From: Candidatus Eiseniibacteriota bacterium
GTDB taxonomy: Bacteria > Eisenbacteria > RBG-16-71-46
DNA: 64,000 bases
Direction: 5' to 3'
Assembly: GCA_031364845.1 (NCBI GenBank)
Contig: JANLWX010000028.1
Coordinates: forward strand, 1-64,000
The translations under genes and the position numbers were made by a program. The notes below the pieces were generated by a model. The model worked only from the letters and a program-made list of their open reading frames with translations, did not search any database and had not been told where the DNA came from. Below, in pieces: positions 7,418 through 16,186 of this stretch. Each line of letters begins with the position of its first letter. Position 1 is the stretch's first letter.

Positions 7418-10153
7418 ATGGAACGCCGCACCCTCACGGCCGCGACCTGTTTCTGGGGTTCGGTCCTGGCCCTGGCATTGGGTCTCGTCATTTCTGCCGC
7501 CCCCCGCGAAGCCGTCGCGGGCACGACCGGCAAGATCACAGGCGCGGTGGTCGACGGGAAGAAGGTTCCGCTCGTCGGCGTGAACATCGCCATTCCGACT
7601 GCGCGGCTCGGGGCGATGACGGACGCGGGCGGGCGCTACGCCATCTTCAATGTCCCGGCCGGGACGTATGATGTGAAGGTCGCGATGCTCGGCTACCGGG
7701 CCACGACCATCACCGGCGTCGTCGTGTCCGCCGACAACACCACCGTGCTCGACGCCACGCTGCTCGAGGCGCCCATCGCGATGGACGAGGTCGTGGTCAG
7801 TGCACGGCGCGCGGTCGTCGATCTCAAGCTCACGAGCAACCTTGCGACCGTGAGCCGCGAGGAGATCAGCGCGCTGCCGGTGCAGGAGCTGCAGGACATC
7901 GTGAACCTCCAGGCGGGAGTGGTGTCCCAGGGCGGGGATCTGCACTTTCGCGGCGGACGCGGAGGCGAGGTCCAGTATCAGGTCGACGGCGTCTCCGTGA
8001 ACAACGCATTCGACAACAAGACGAGTCTGCGGCTCGACCGTTCGCTGCTCGAAGAGGTCCAGGTGATCAGCGGCACGTTCGATGCCGAGTATGGTCAGGC
8101 CATGAGCGGCGTGGTGAACGCGGTGCTGCGGCGCGGGACCGACCAGTTTCGCTGGGACGCCGAAGCGCTCACCGGCGGATTCGTTTTCGCGGGCGGCGAC
8201 CGGCGCCAGGCCGAGTTCGACTTCCATCCGGCCGGGCTCCAGAACTACCAGGTCAGCGTGAGCGGCCCGCTGGTGGCCAACACGACGTTCCTAATGAATG
8301 CGCGGCGCTACCGGTTCGAGGACTACTTCGATGCCACCCGCCGCTTTCTGCCGTGGCACACGGCGAGCGACGAGCCCGCGGACAAGGTCCTCGCTCCGGA
8401 CGGAGATGGCCGCCGCGGAAGCCTCGGCTATTCGCGCGAATGGTCGGGATTGGCCAAGATCACGAACCGCTCGATCAAGAACCTCGAGTTGAACTATCAG
8501 GCCGTGATCAACTTCGTGGACAGCCGTCGCGCCGACTTCGCCTACCGGCTCAATCCGGATGGATTGCCACGCCAGCGCACCACGTCGATCGCACATGGGC
8601 TCGACTGGACCCACACACTGTCCCGGTCCCGGTACTACAACCTGAGTTTTCGCCACAACTACTTCGACTATAGGGACATGGTCTACGACGACGCGCTCGA
8701 CCCGCGTTATGATGCCGCCGGCCCTCCGGATCGCGTGCCGGGCTACGAGAACGACGCAATCGTCCAGGGAGTCGATCTCGCGCGATTCAAGCAGAACACC
8801 GACGCGGTCCTGGTGAAGACGTCGTACGTCGACCAGGTGAGCGACGACCAGCAGGTCAAGCTGGGTGCCGAGTTCCAGTGGCCGCGCGTGCGCTTCGGGG
8901 CCGACGGCGTGCTCTCCGAAGTGAGCGGCAACGACAGCACGGGAACGTTTCTGCAGCGGAAGTTCTACGAGCCGCCGGACTTCCCCGGAATCCAGCTCTA
9001 CGTTCCCTACATCGCGTCGGGGTACGTGCAGGACGATCTGGAGTGGAACGATCTGCGCTTGCGCGCCGGCGTGCGCTTCGACTACTTCAACGCGCGCGCC
9101 GGAGTGCCGAGTGATCTTGCGAACCCGGCGAACTCGATCTCGGGCGCACCGCAATCGGACTGGATCGCGACCACGCGCAAGCACTCGATCTCGCCTCGCG
9201 TCGGAGTGTCGTACCCCGTGACGAAGGACGCTGCGCTGTTCTTCGCGTATGGCCACTTTTCTCAGATGCCCGCGATCGGGGAGATCTTCCGCAACTCGGA
9301 CTACCGCGTGCTCAACGACCTGCAGGCCGGTGATCCTGACTATCGCGTGATGGGCAATCCCGACATCAAGCCCGAACGCACCGTGCACTATCAGTTCGGC
9401 TACAAGCAGGCCGTCACCGACTGGCTCGGCGTCGACGTGAGCACGTTCTACAAGGACATCCGCGATCTGCTCGGCGTGGAATTCATCTCGACCTACAACG
9501 GCGCCGAGTACGCGCGGCTCACGAATGTGGACTTCGGCACGGTTGCGGGTTTCACCGTCGCCATCGACCAGCGCCGCCGCGGAATTCTGAGCAGCTCGCT
9601 CGACTACACATGGCAGCTCGCCCAGGGCAACGCGAGCAACCCGCGCGAGACGGCGACGCGCGCGGAAGCGGGCGAGGACCCGCGTCCGCGGCAGATCCCG
9701 TTCAACTGGGACCAGCGCCATACCGTGAACGCGACGGTCACCGCATCGCGCGACAACGACTGGGTCATGAACGCGGTGGTGCGTGCCGCGAGCGGCCAGC
9801 CGTACACGCCGACCAGCGAAGTCGGATTCGGATTCGGTCTCGAGGCGAATTCCGGACGCCGCTCCGCTGCGGTCGCCGTCGACCTTGCGGCCGAGAAGAT
9901 CTTCCGTTTGCGGGGCGCGGCGGCTGCGGGCTCCTCCGGTTCGGCAGCTTCGCAAGGACCGAAGATCCGCGCATTCACGCGCGTGTACAACCTGTTCGAC
10001 GTCCGTTTCTTCAATGGCTACGTGTTCGACACTACCGGCAGCCCGTACTATGCGCGCGATCCGGCACGCGACGCGGCTCAGCTCGCGAATCCGCTGCGCT
10101 TCTACGCGCCACGCCGCATCGAGGTCGGGGTCAGCATGCAGGTGGGAGGATGA
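7418..10153 (+). CDS. TonB-dependent receptor with N-terminal carboxypeptidase-regulatory-like domain
   Basis: GTTGKITGAVVD...VPAGTYDVKVAMLGY; plug HFRGGRGGEVQYQVDGVSV, GTFDAEYGQAMSGVVN; barrel ISPRVGVSYP, GNPDIKPERT, WDQRHT, PRRIEVG. Confidence 0.92.
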   Translation: MERRTLTAATCFWGSVLALALGLVISAAPREAVAGTTGKITGAVVDGKKVPLVGVNIAIPTARLGAMTDAGGRYAIFNVPAGTYDVKVAMLGYRATTITGVVVSADNTTVLDATLLEAPIAMDEVVVSARRAVVDLKLTSNLATVSREEISALPVQELQDIVNLQAGVVSQGGDLHFRGGRGGEVQYQVDGVSVNNAFDNKTSLRLDRSLLEEVQVISGTFDAEYGQAMSGVVNAVLRRGTDQFRWDAEALTGGFVFAGGDRRQAEFDFHPAGLQNYQVSVSGPLVANTTFLMNARRYRFEDYFDATRRFLPWHTASDEPADKVLAPDGDGRRGSLGYSREWSGLAKITNRSIKNLELNYQAVINFVDSRRADFAYRLNPDGLPRQRTTSIAHGLDWTHTLSRSRYYNLSFRHNYFDYRDMVYDDALDPRYDAAGPPDRVPGYENDAIVQGVDLARFKQNTDAVLVKTSYVDQVSDDQQVKLGAEFQWPRVRFGADGVLSEVSGNDSTGTFLQRKFYEPPDFPGIQLYVPYIASGYVQDDLEWNDLRLRAGVRFDYFNARAGVPSDLANPANSISGAPQSDWIATTRKHSISPRVGVSYPVTKDAALFFAYGHFSQMPAIGEIFRNSDYRVLNDLQAGDPDYRVMGNPDIKPERTVHYQFGYKQAVTDWLGVDVSTFYKDIRDLLGVEFISTYNGAEYARLTNVDFGTVAGFTVAIDQRRRGILSSSLDYTWQLAQGNASNPRETATRAEAGEDPRPRQIPFNWDQRHTVNATVTASRDNDWVMNAVVRAASGQPYTPTSEVGFGFGLEANSGRRSAAVAVDLAAEKIFRLRGAAAAGSSGSAASQGPKIRAFTRVYNLFDVRFFNGYVFDTTGSPYYARDPARDAAQLANPLRFYAPRRIEVGVSMQVGG

Positions 10154-13100
10154 CGATGCCGTGGAGCACACGCTGCGCCGTGCGCGCGGGGGCGTTCGTG
10201 ATCGCAGCCTGCTGGGCGGCCCTTTCGCCGGCCACGACAGCGTTCGCGGCCTCGCCGCCGCCGGCCGAGCGCGGGCGCATCGACGCCGAGCGCTCCGGGA
10301 TTCACGATGCCAACAACCTGCGCACGCTGTTCTGGAACTTCGGCATGGTTGGCGACTATCCGCGCGACCCGGGGAATGTCGATCTGTCGGTGTTCCACTC
10401 GGGCGAAGCCCCGAAGGGCAGCGGCATGAACTACTCGGACGGCATCACCCCGTTCGTGCTCGCCAAGGTGCGCCAGCCGGGCGGGGCGGACGCGTACATC
10501 ATGGAGACCGGCTATCGCGAGCGGCAGATCGAAAGCCCCTACACCAACAACATCATGCGCTTCGAGCCACGGCCGGGATACTTCCAGGCCAGTCCCGACA
10601 CCAACAAGGGCCGGTCCCCCGCGATCAGCAACGATCCACGGACGTGGCCGCACTCGTGGCCGGATCGTGTCACCGATCCCGACGATCCGGGGTGGCGCGG
10701 CTCCTGGAACGGATACTTCGGCAAGCGTCCGGCGGCGGATCAGGAGTCGTTCACGGTGATGGACGACAATTTCTACGACGTATGGGAGTCCGCGCCCGAC
10801 AGCACCGACCCGACGCGTCACGGGCTCGGCCTCAAGGTCGAGGTGCGCGGATTCCAATGGTCGAACCCGCAGGCCGGCAACGTGATCTTCTGGCACTACG
10901 ACATCACGAACGAAGGCACGACGACCTACGACGACAACGTGATCTTCGGTCTCTACATGGACTCGGGCGTCGGCGGTCCCGCGCTGTCGTGCGACGGCGT
11001 GTTCGAGTCGGACGACGACAACGCGTTCTTCGACAAGTCGCTCGGCCTGGACCTCGTCTACACGTGGGACACCTACGGTCATGGCGTCGACCTGGCGAGC
11101 CGCTGCAGCGAGACGGGGTACATGGGCTATGCCTACCTCGAGACCCCGGGCAATCAATTCGACGGGCTGGACAATGATCTCGACGGGGTCGTCGACGAGA
11201 AGCGCGACGGCGGCCCCGGTCTGCGCATCGAGGGCCGCGACGCGATCCGCGCTTATGTCGAGGCGAATTACGATACGGCGCGCTTCGAGGCGTTCTATGG
11301 CTCGCTCGAGACCCGGCCTGCGTATCGCGCGGGCGTGTGGTTCACCGGGGACGAGGACATGGACTGGTTCGCGGATCTGTTCGACGTGGGAGCCGACGGC
11401 GTGCGCGAGACCGGTGATGCCGGCGAGGGCGACGGCATCCCGACCGATGGAGAAACGAACTTCGATCGCACCGACCTCAACGAATCCGACCAGATCGGCC
11501 TCACCGGGTTCAAGATGAACCGCATCAAGGCGGGTCCCGAAAATCCCGATCCGCGTGTGGATGGCATCCTGTTCTTCACCAACAGTCAGGATTGGCCGCG
11601 GCGGCTCTACGAACACTTCACGAACCCGAATCCGCCCGCGCGCTTCGACTCCGCGGTCGCCGCGAACTACAACATCGGATTCCTGTTCGCCTCGGGCCCG
11701 TTCCGGCTCGAAGCCGGCCGGCGCGAGCGATTCAGCCTGGCACTCGCCTACGGCAGCGATCTCTCCGAGCTGCGCGAGACGGTGCACACGGTTCAGCAGA
11801 TCTACAACGCGAACTATCAGTTCGCCGTCCCCCCGACACAGCCGACACTCACCGCCGAGGCGGGCGACGGCTACGTGCGGTTGTCGTGGGACGACATCGC
11901 CGAGCGCTCGATCGATCCCGTTTCGTTCCTTCAGGACTTCGAAGGCTACCGGATCTATCGATCGACCGACCCCGAATTCCGCGATCCGCGCGTGCTCACC
12001 AGCGGGCGCGGCAATCCGCTGCCGTCGAACGGCAAGCCGATCGTCCAGTTCGACCTGCGGGACGGCACGCGCGGTTATTCGCGCAAGACGGTGGACGGCG
12101 TGTCCTACTTCCTCGGCAACGAGACCGGCATCACCCACACGTGGACCGACACCACCGTGACAAACGGGCAGGCGTACTACTACGCGGTCACGGCCTACGA
12201 CTACGGCTCCGCGGCCGAGGTGCCCGACTCGGTGGCCTACTATCCCTCGGAGAACGCGATCTCGGTGTCGATCACCCCGCGTGGCGGCCTGATCCTGCCG
12301 AAGAACGTCGTGGCGGTCCGTCCGAATCCTCGCGTCAGCGGTTTCGTCCGGGCCGCCGCCGACAGCGCGACCCAGGTCGCGGGCCGCGGGACGGGAGACG
12401 TGCGGGTCGAGGTCGTGAATTCGAATCTCGTGCCTCAGGATCATCTGTTCAAGATCACGTTCGCCGTGCCCGATTCCGACAGCATTCGCGCGACGTCTTA
12501 TGCCCTGACCGACAGCAGCACGCACGAGACGTTCTTTCGCAATGGCCTGGATCTCGACGGGCGCGGCATCGGCCCGGCGGCGACCGGGTTGCTGCCGATC
12601 GTGATCAATCCCCTGATGACGACCGTGGATGTCGCCCGTACCGGCTTCGCAACGGGCAGTCCGACCAATACGCGACTCAAGGCCGCCTATCAGCCGGCGC
12701 AATCGCCGAATCTGCGCCGGCCCGGCTATCCCGACGACATTTCGATCACGTTCGACAATGTCGTGCGCGACACGGGAATCGCAGTGTTCCCGGTGCCGGC
12801 GCGCAACGCGAAGTTCGTGGTCGTCGCGCATGCGCCCGAAGGCGACCTGCGGCTCGATTTCCGTTTTCGCGACTCGGACCTCGATGGCACGCTGAGCCGT
12901 CCCGACGAGTTCATCGACATCCTCACGTTCGTCAACACCACGGCCCGCGATTCGCAGATCACCTGGCGCGTGCAACTCGACACGCTCGGTCAGGGCGCGC
13001 GCGGACCGATCGTGCCGCCGCGACTCGGCGACCGTTTCGACCTCGCGCTCTCGCGTCCGCTCAGCGGCGACGATGCGTTCGTGTTCTCGACCACCGCCCA

Positions 13101-13446
13101 GCGCATCGACCCCGATCGCGCGCAGGCCGACTGGAATCAGAAGCCGTACGTGATTCCCAATCCCTACGTGGGTGCCGCGGCGTTCGAGCCGCAGCGCTTC
13201 GCGATCTCCGGGCGCGGTGAACGCCGCATGGAGTTCCGCGCGATTCCGCAGGGTGGCGTGATCCGCATCTACACCGTGCGCGGCGATCTCGTGCAGACGT
13301 TGCGGCAGAACGGTTCGCTCGAGGGCTTCGTCGCGTGGAACCTGCGCACGAAAGACAATATCGACGTGGCTCCGGGTCTCTACGTCTTCCACGTCGACGC
13401 GCCGGGATTCGGCGAACACGTCGGCAAGTTCGCGATCATCCGATGA
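10150..13446 (+). CDS. ~1098-aa secreted protein with acidic DxDxDG-type motifs, FN3-like domain and T9SS-like CTD; function unknown
   Basis: ATGA overlap with receptor stop; signal peptide; DGLDNDLDGVVDE; FEGYRIYRS...YYYAVTAYD; CTD VIPNPY...IRIYTVRGDLVQTL...WNLRT...APGLYVFHV...GKFAIIR. Confidence 0.85.
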   Translation: MTMPWSTRCAVRAGAFVIAACWAALSPATTAFAASPPPAERGRIDAERSGIHDANNLRTLFWNFGMVGDYPRDPGNVDLSVFHSGEAPKGSGMNYSDGITPFVLAKVRQPGGADAYIMETGYRERQIESPYTNNIMRFEPRPGYFQASPDTNKGRSPAISNDPRTWPHSWPDRVTDPDDPGWRGSWNGYFGKRPAADQESFTVMDDNFYDVWESAPDSTDPTRHGLGLKVEVRGFQWSNPQAGNVIFWHYDITNEGTTTYDDNVIFGLYMDSGVGGPALSCDGVFESDDDNAFFDKSLGLDLVYTWDTYGHGVDLASRCSETGYMGYAYLETPGNQFDGLDNDLDGVVDEKRDGGPGLRIEGRDAIRAYVEANYDTARFEAFYGSLETRPAYRAGVWFTGDEDMDWFADLFDVGADGVRETGDAGEGDGIPTDGETNFDRTDLNESDQIGLTGFKMNRIKAGPENPDPRVDGILFFTNSQDWPRRLYEHFTNPNPPARFDSAVAANYNIGFLFASGPFRLEAGRRERFSLALAYGSDLSELRETVHTVQQIYNANYQFAVPPTQPTLTAEAGDGYVRLSWDDIAERSIDPVSFLQDFEGYRIYRSTDPEFRDPRVLTSGRGNPLPSNGKPIVQFDLRDGTRGYSRKTVDGVSYFLGNETGITHTWTDTTVTNGQAYYYAVTAYDYGSAAEVPDSVAYYPSENAISVSITPRGGLILPKNVVAVRPNPRVSGFVRAAADSATQVAGRGTGDVRVEVVNSNLVPQDHLFKITFAVPDSDSIRATSYALTDSSTHETFFRNGLDLDGRGIGPAATGLLPIVINPLMTTVDVARTGFATGSPTNTRLKAAYQPAQSPNLRRPGYPDDISITFDNVVRDTGIAVFPVPARNAKFVVVAHAPEGDLRLDFRFRDSDLDGTLSRPDEFIDILTFVNTTARDSQITWRVQLDTLGQGARGPIVPPRLGDRFDLALSRPLSGDDAFVFSTTAQRIDPDRAQADWNQKPYVIPNPYVGAAAFEPQRFAISGRGERRMEFRAIPQGGVIRIYTVRGDLVQTLRQNGSLEGFVAWNLRTKDNIDVAPGLYVFHVDAPGFGEHVGKFAIIR

Positions 13447-14474
13447 GCACTCTTCGCAGAGTTCACGCGCGGATCGTCGTTGCACTGTGCGTGAGCGCCG
13501 CGCTCGCGACCGCCGTGCCCGCTGCGGCGCAGAGCAAGACCGGGACGACCATCGGGGCGTTCCTGCTGATCGAGCCGAGTGCCCGCAGCGCCGGCATGGG
13601 CAACACCGGTGTGACGCTCGAAGGACTCGATGCCGCGTACTTCAATCCCGCGGCGATCGGACATGCCGAGGGGCGCGCGCTTGCGTTCGGGCACAGCGAA
13701 TGGTTCGCGGGGATCAAGCACGAGCACGTCGCGGGCGCGCTGCCGATCGGCCGGTTCGGCAACGTCTACGCCGCGGTCACGTCGCTCAACTCAGGGGACA
13801 TCGACGTGCGGACCGTCACGCAGCCGCAGGGAACCGGCGAGCGTTACCATGTCTCCGACATCGCGATCGGCCTCGGCTACGGACGCCAGATCACCGACCG
13901 TTTCTCGGCCGGGCTCCAGGTGACCTACGTTCAGGAGACGATCTGGAACACCACGCTCTCGACCGGAACCATGAGCTTCGGCACGCTCTACCAGATCTCG
14001 GACAACGGCCTGCGGCTCGGGGCGAGCCTGTTGAACTTCGGTACCATGGGCAAATTCTCGGGGCGCGACCTGCGGGTGACCTACGATGGCGACCCGGACC
14101 GATTCGGTGACAATGGCCAGCTTCCCGCCGAAATCTTCACCGACGCCTTCTCCGTGCCGGTGCTGTTCCGGGTCGGAGTCGGGCTTCCGGTGCGGCTCAA
14201 TCCCGTGACACAGTTGAACCTCGCGCTCGATGCGCTCCATCCCAACGACAACACCGAGAGCGTGAGCGCGGGCGCCGAGCTGGCGTATCGCAAGCGGTTC
14301 GCGCTGCGGGCGGGATACCAGAAGGCGGGAGAACAGGACTCGGAAGTCGGATTCACCGCGGGCGGCGGCGTGGGCGGGGCGTACGATGTGTACGTCTACA
14401 CGCTCGACTACGCATGGGCCGCGCACGGCAGGCTCGGCAGCACCCACCGGATCGCGGTGGGATTGACGTTCTGA
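13443..14474 (+). CDS. PorV/PorQ-family outer-membrane beta-barrel
   Basis: FLLIEPSARSAGMGN, AYFNPAA, HSEWFAGI, ALRAGY, LDYAW...HRIAVGLTF with terminal Phe; ATGA overlap. Confidence 0.85.
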   Translation: MSTLRRVHARIVVALCVSAALATAVPAAAQSKTGTTIGAFLLIEPSARSAGMGNTGVTLEGLDAAYFNPAAIGHAEGRALAFGHSEWFAGIKHEHVAGALPIGRFGNVYAAVTSLNSGDIDVRTVTQPQGTGERYHVSDIAIGLGYGRQITDRFSAGLQVTYVQETIWNTTLSTGTMSFGTLYQISDNGLRLGASLLNFGTMGKFSGRDLRVTYDGDPDRFGDNGQLPAEIFTDAFSVPVLFRVGVGLPVRLNPVTQLNLALDALHPNDNTESVSAGAELAYRKRFALRAGYQKAGEQDSEVGFTAGGGVGGAYDVYVYTLDYAWAAHGRLGSTHRIAVGLTF

Positions 14475-14549
14475 AATGATCTCATCGCGCTTCGCTTACC
14501 GGCCGGACGGCCGGGAGACCGCCGGGGCCACATCACTGAAGAGGCACCT

Positions 14550-16133
14550 ATGAAACGGCACATACTGTTCCTGAGCGCGCTGCTGATGCTCGGGGCATCG
14601 AGCGCGAACGCGATCACCACCGAAGCGCTGTTGGACTCGGTCCAGCACGCCTCGTTCCGGTACTGCTGGTATCAAGCCAATCCCGCCAATGGTCTGGTCC
14701 GCGACCGCAGCCAGTCGGGCTCCCCGGCGAGCACCGCGGCGGTCGGCTTCGCCCTTTCTGCGATCACGGTTGGAATCGATCACGAGTGGATCACGCGTGA
14801 GCAGGGACGCGACCGGGTGAGGACCACGCTCGAGACGCTGTGGAGCAAGCCGCAAGGCACCGGCGTGAGCGGATTCATCGGGTACAAGGGTCTGTTCTAT
14901 CACTGGCTCGACATGAACACCGCGCTGAGGATGTGGAACTCGGAAGTATCCACGATCGACACCGGGCTCCTGTTCGCGGGCATCCTGCAGGCGCGTGAAT
15001 ACTTCACGGGCACCGACACGACGGAGACCCGGATCCGCGCGCTCGCCGATTCGATCACCTATCGAGCGGACTGGAAGTTCATGCAGAACTCGGGTTCTCC
15101 GCTCAAGCATGGGTGGACTCCGGAATCGGGATTCATCGTCTACAACTGGACGGGCTACAACGAAGCCATGGTCATGTACGTCATTGCCATGGGATCGCCG
15201 ACTCATCCGCCCACCAACGGCAGTCCCTGGACGAGTTGGACCAGCACCTACTCGTGGCAGACCCACTACGGCCAGTCGTACGTGAACTTCCCGCCGCTGT
15301 TCGGCCACCAGTATTCGCACTGCTGGATCGACTTCCGCTACATCAACGACGCGTACATGACGAATCGCGGCATCACGTACTTCGAGAACTCGCGCCGCGC
15401 CACGCTCGCCCAGCGTTCGTACGCGATCGCGAACCCGAACTTCAAGATCGGCTACAGCGACAGCCTGTGGGGGCTGACCGCGAGCGACGGCCCCGGCAAC
15501 TCCTACAACGCGCGCGGCGCGCCGCCCGCGCAGAACGACGATGGAACCATCACGCCGACGGCACCGCTGAGTTCGATACCCTTCGCGCCCGAAGCCACGA
15601 TCCCGGTGATGCACAAGCTGTGGAACACCTATAAGACGCAGTTGTGGGGGCCTTACGGTTTCCGCGACGCGATGAGTCTCCAGGCGAACCCCGACTGGTT
15701 CGACCCCGACTATCTCGGCATCGATCAGGGGCCGATCGTGCTCATGATCGAGAACTACCGCAACGGCTCGGTGTGGAATCGCTTCATGCTCAACCCGCAG
15801 GTGAAGGCGGGTCTTGCGGCGGCGGGATTCACGCGCACGGTGACCGGCGTCGAGCAGCCGCTGTTCGACGGCGCGGTCGAGTTGCTCGCGAACGAACCCA
15901 ATCCGTTCCACGACGCGACCACGCTGCGATTCCGTCTCGGCCGTGAGAGTCACGTGCGCCTGACGGTGTTCGATGTGGGCGGGCGCGAGGTCGCGCGGGT
16001 CGCCGATCGCGTGTTCCCGGCGGGACTCCATCGGGTTCCGCTCGAAGGCGCGCGCCTGGGCAGCGGCATCTATTACACACGTCTCGAAGGTCAGGGCCGG
16101 ACCGATGTCCGGAGAATCGTGTTGCTCCACTAG
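14550..16133 (+). CDS. Secreted GH144-like endo-beta-1,2-glucanase (glycoamylase domain) with T9SS/FlgD-like CTD
   Basis: NGLVRDR, STAAVGF, KGLFYHWLD, EVSTIDTGLL, GYNEAM, PLFGHQYSH, WGLTASD, YLGIDQGPI; CTD NEPNPF...VFDVGGREV...SGIYYTRL. Confidence 0.88.
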   Translation: MKRHILFLSALLMLGASSANAITTEALLDSVQHASFRYCWYQANPANGLVRDRSQSGSPASTAAVGFALSAITVGIDHEWITREQGRDRVRTTLETLWSKPQGTGVSGFIGYKGLFYHWLDMNTALRMWNSEVSTIDTGLLFAGILQAREYFTGTDTTETRIRALADSITYRADWKFMQNSGSPLKHGWTPESGFIVYNWTGYNEAMVMYVIAMGSPTHPPTNGSPWTSWTSTYSWQTHYGQSYVNFPPLFGHQYSHCWIDFRYINDAYMTNRGITYFENSRRATLAQRSYAIANPNFKIGYSDSLWGLTASDGPGNSYNARGAPPAQNDDGTITPTAPLSSIPFAPEATIPVMHKLWNTYKTQLWGPYGFRDAMSLQANPDWFDPDYLGIDQGPIVLMIENYRNGSVWNRFMLNPQVKAGLAAAGFTRTVTGVEQPLFDGAVELLANEPNPFHDATTLRFRLGRESHVRLTVFDVGGREVARVADRVFPAGLHRVPLEGARLGSGIYYTRLEGQGRTDVRRIVLLH

Positions 16134-16186
16134 TGTCCGCGGGCCGCGGCGCGCGAGAACGTTCGAAGAGAGGACAAGGCCGACGC

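Noticed and set aside
9610..10149. Long N-terminal extensions in the ORF track (also 19776, 21551, 22300, 23538, 34973, 38723, 58930)
   Set aside because: They overlap upstream genes; likely true starts are at stop/start overlaps followed by signal peptides or conserved motifs
10102..13485. 1127-aa antisense ORF and similar long shadow ORFs (1725-3974, 17936-19804, 24927-26819, 34916-37279, 37317-39656)
   Set aside because: Lie opposite well-supported genes; Arg/Ala-rich with no motifs; expected in high-GC DNA
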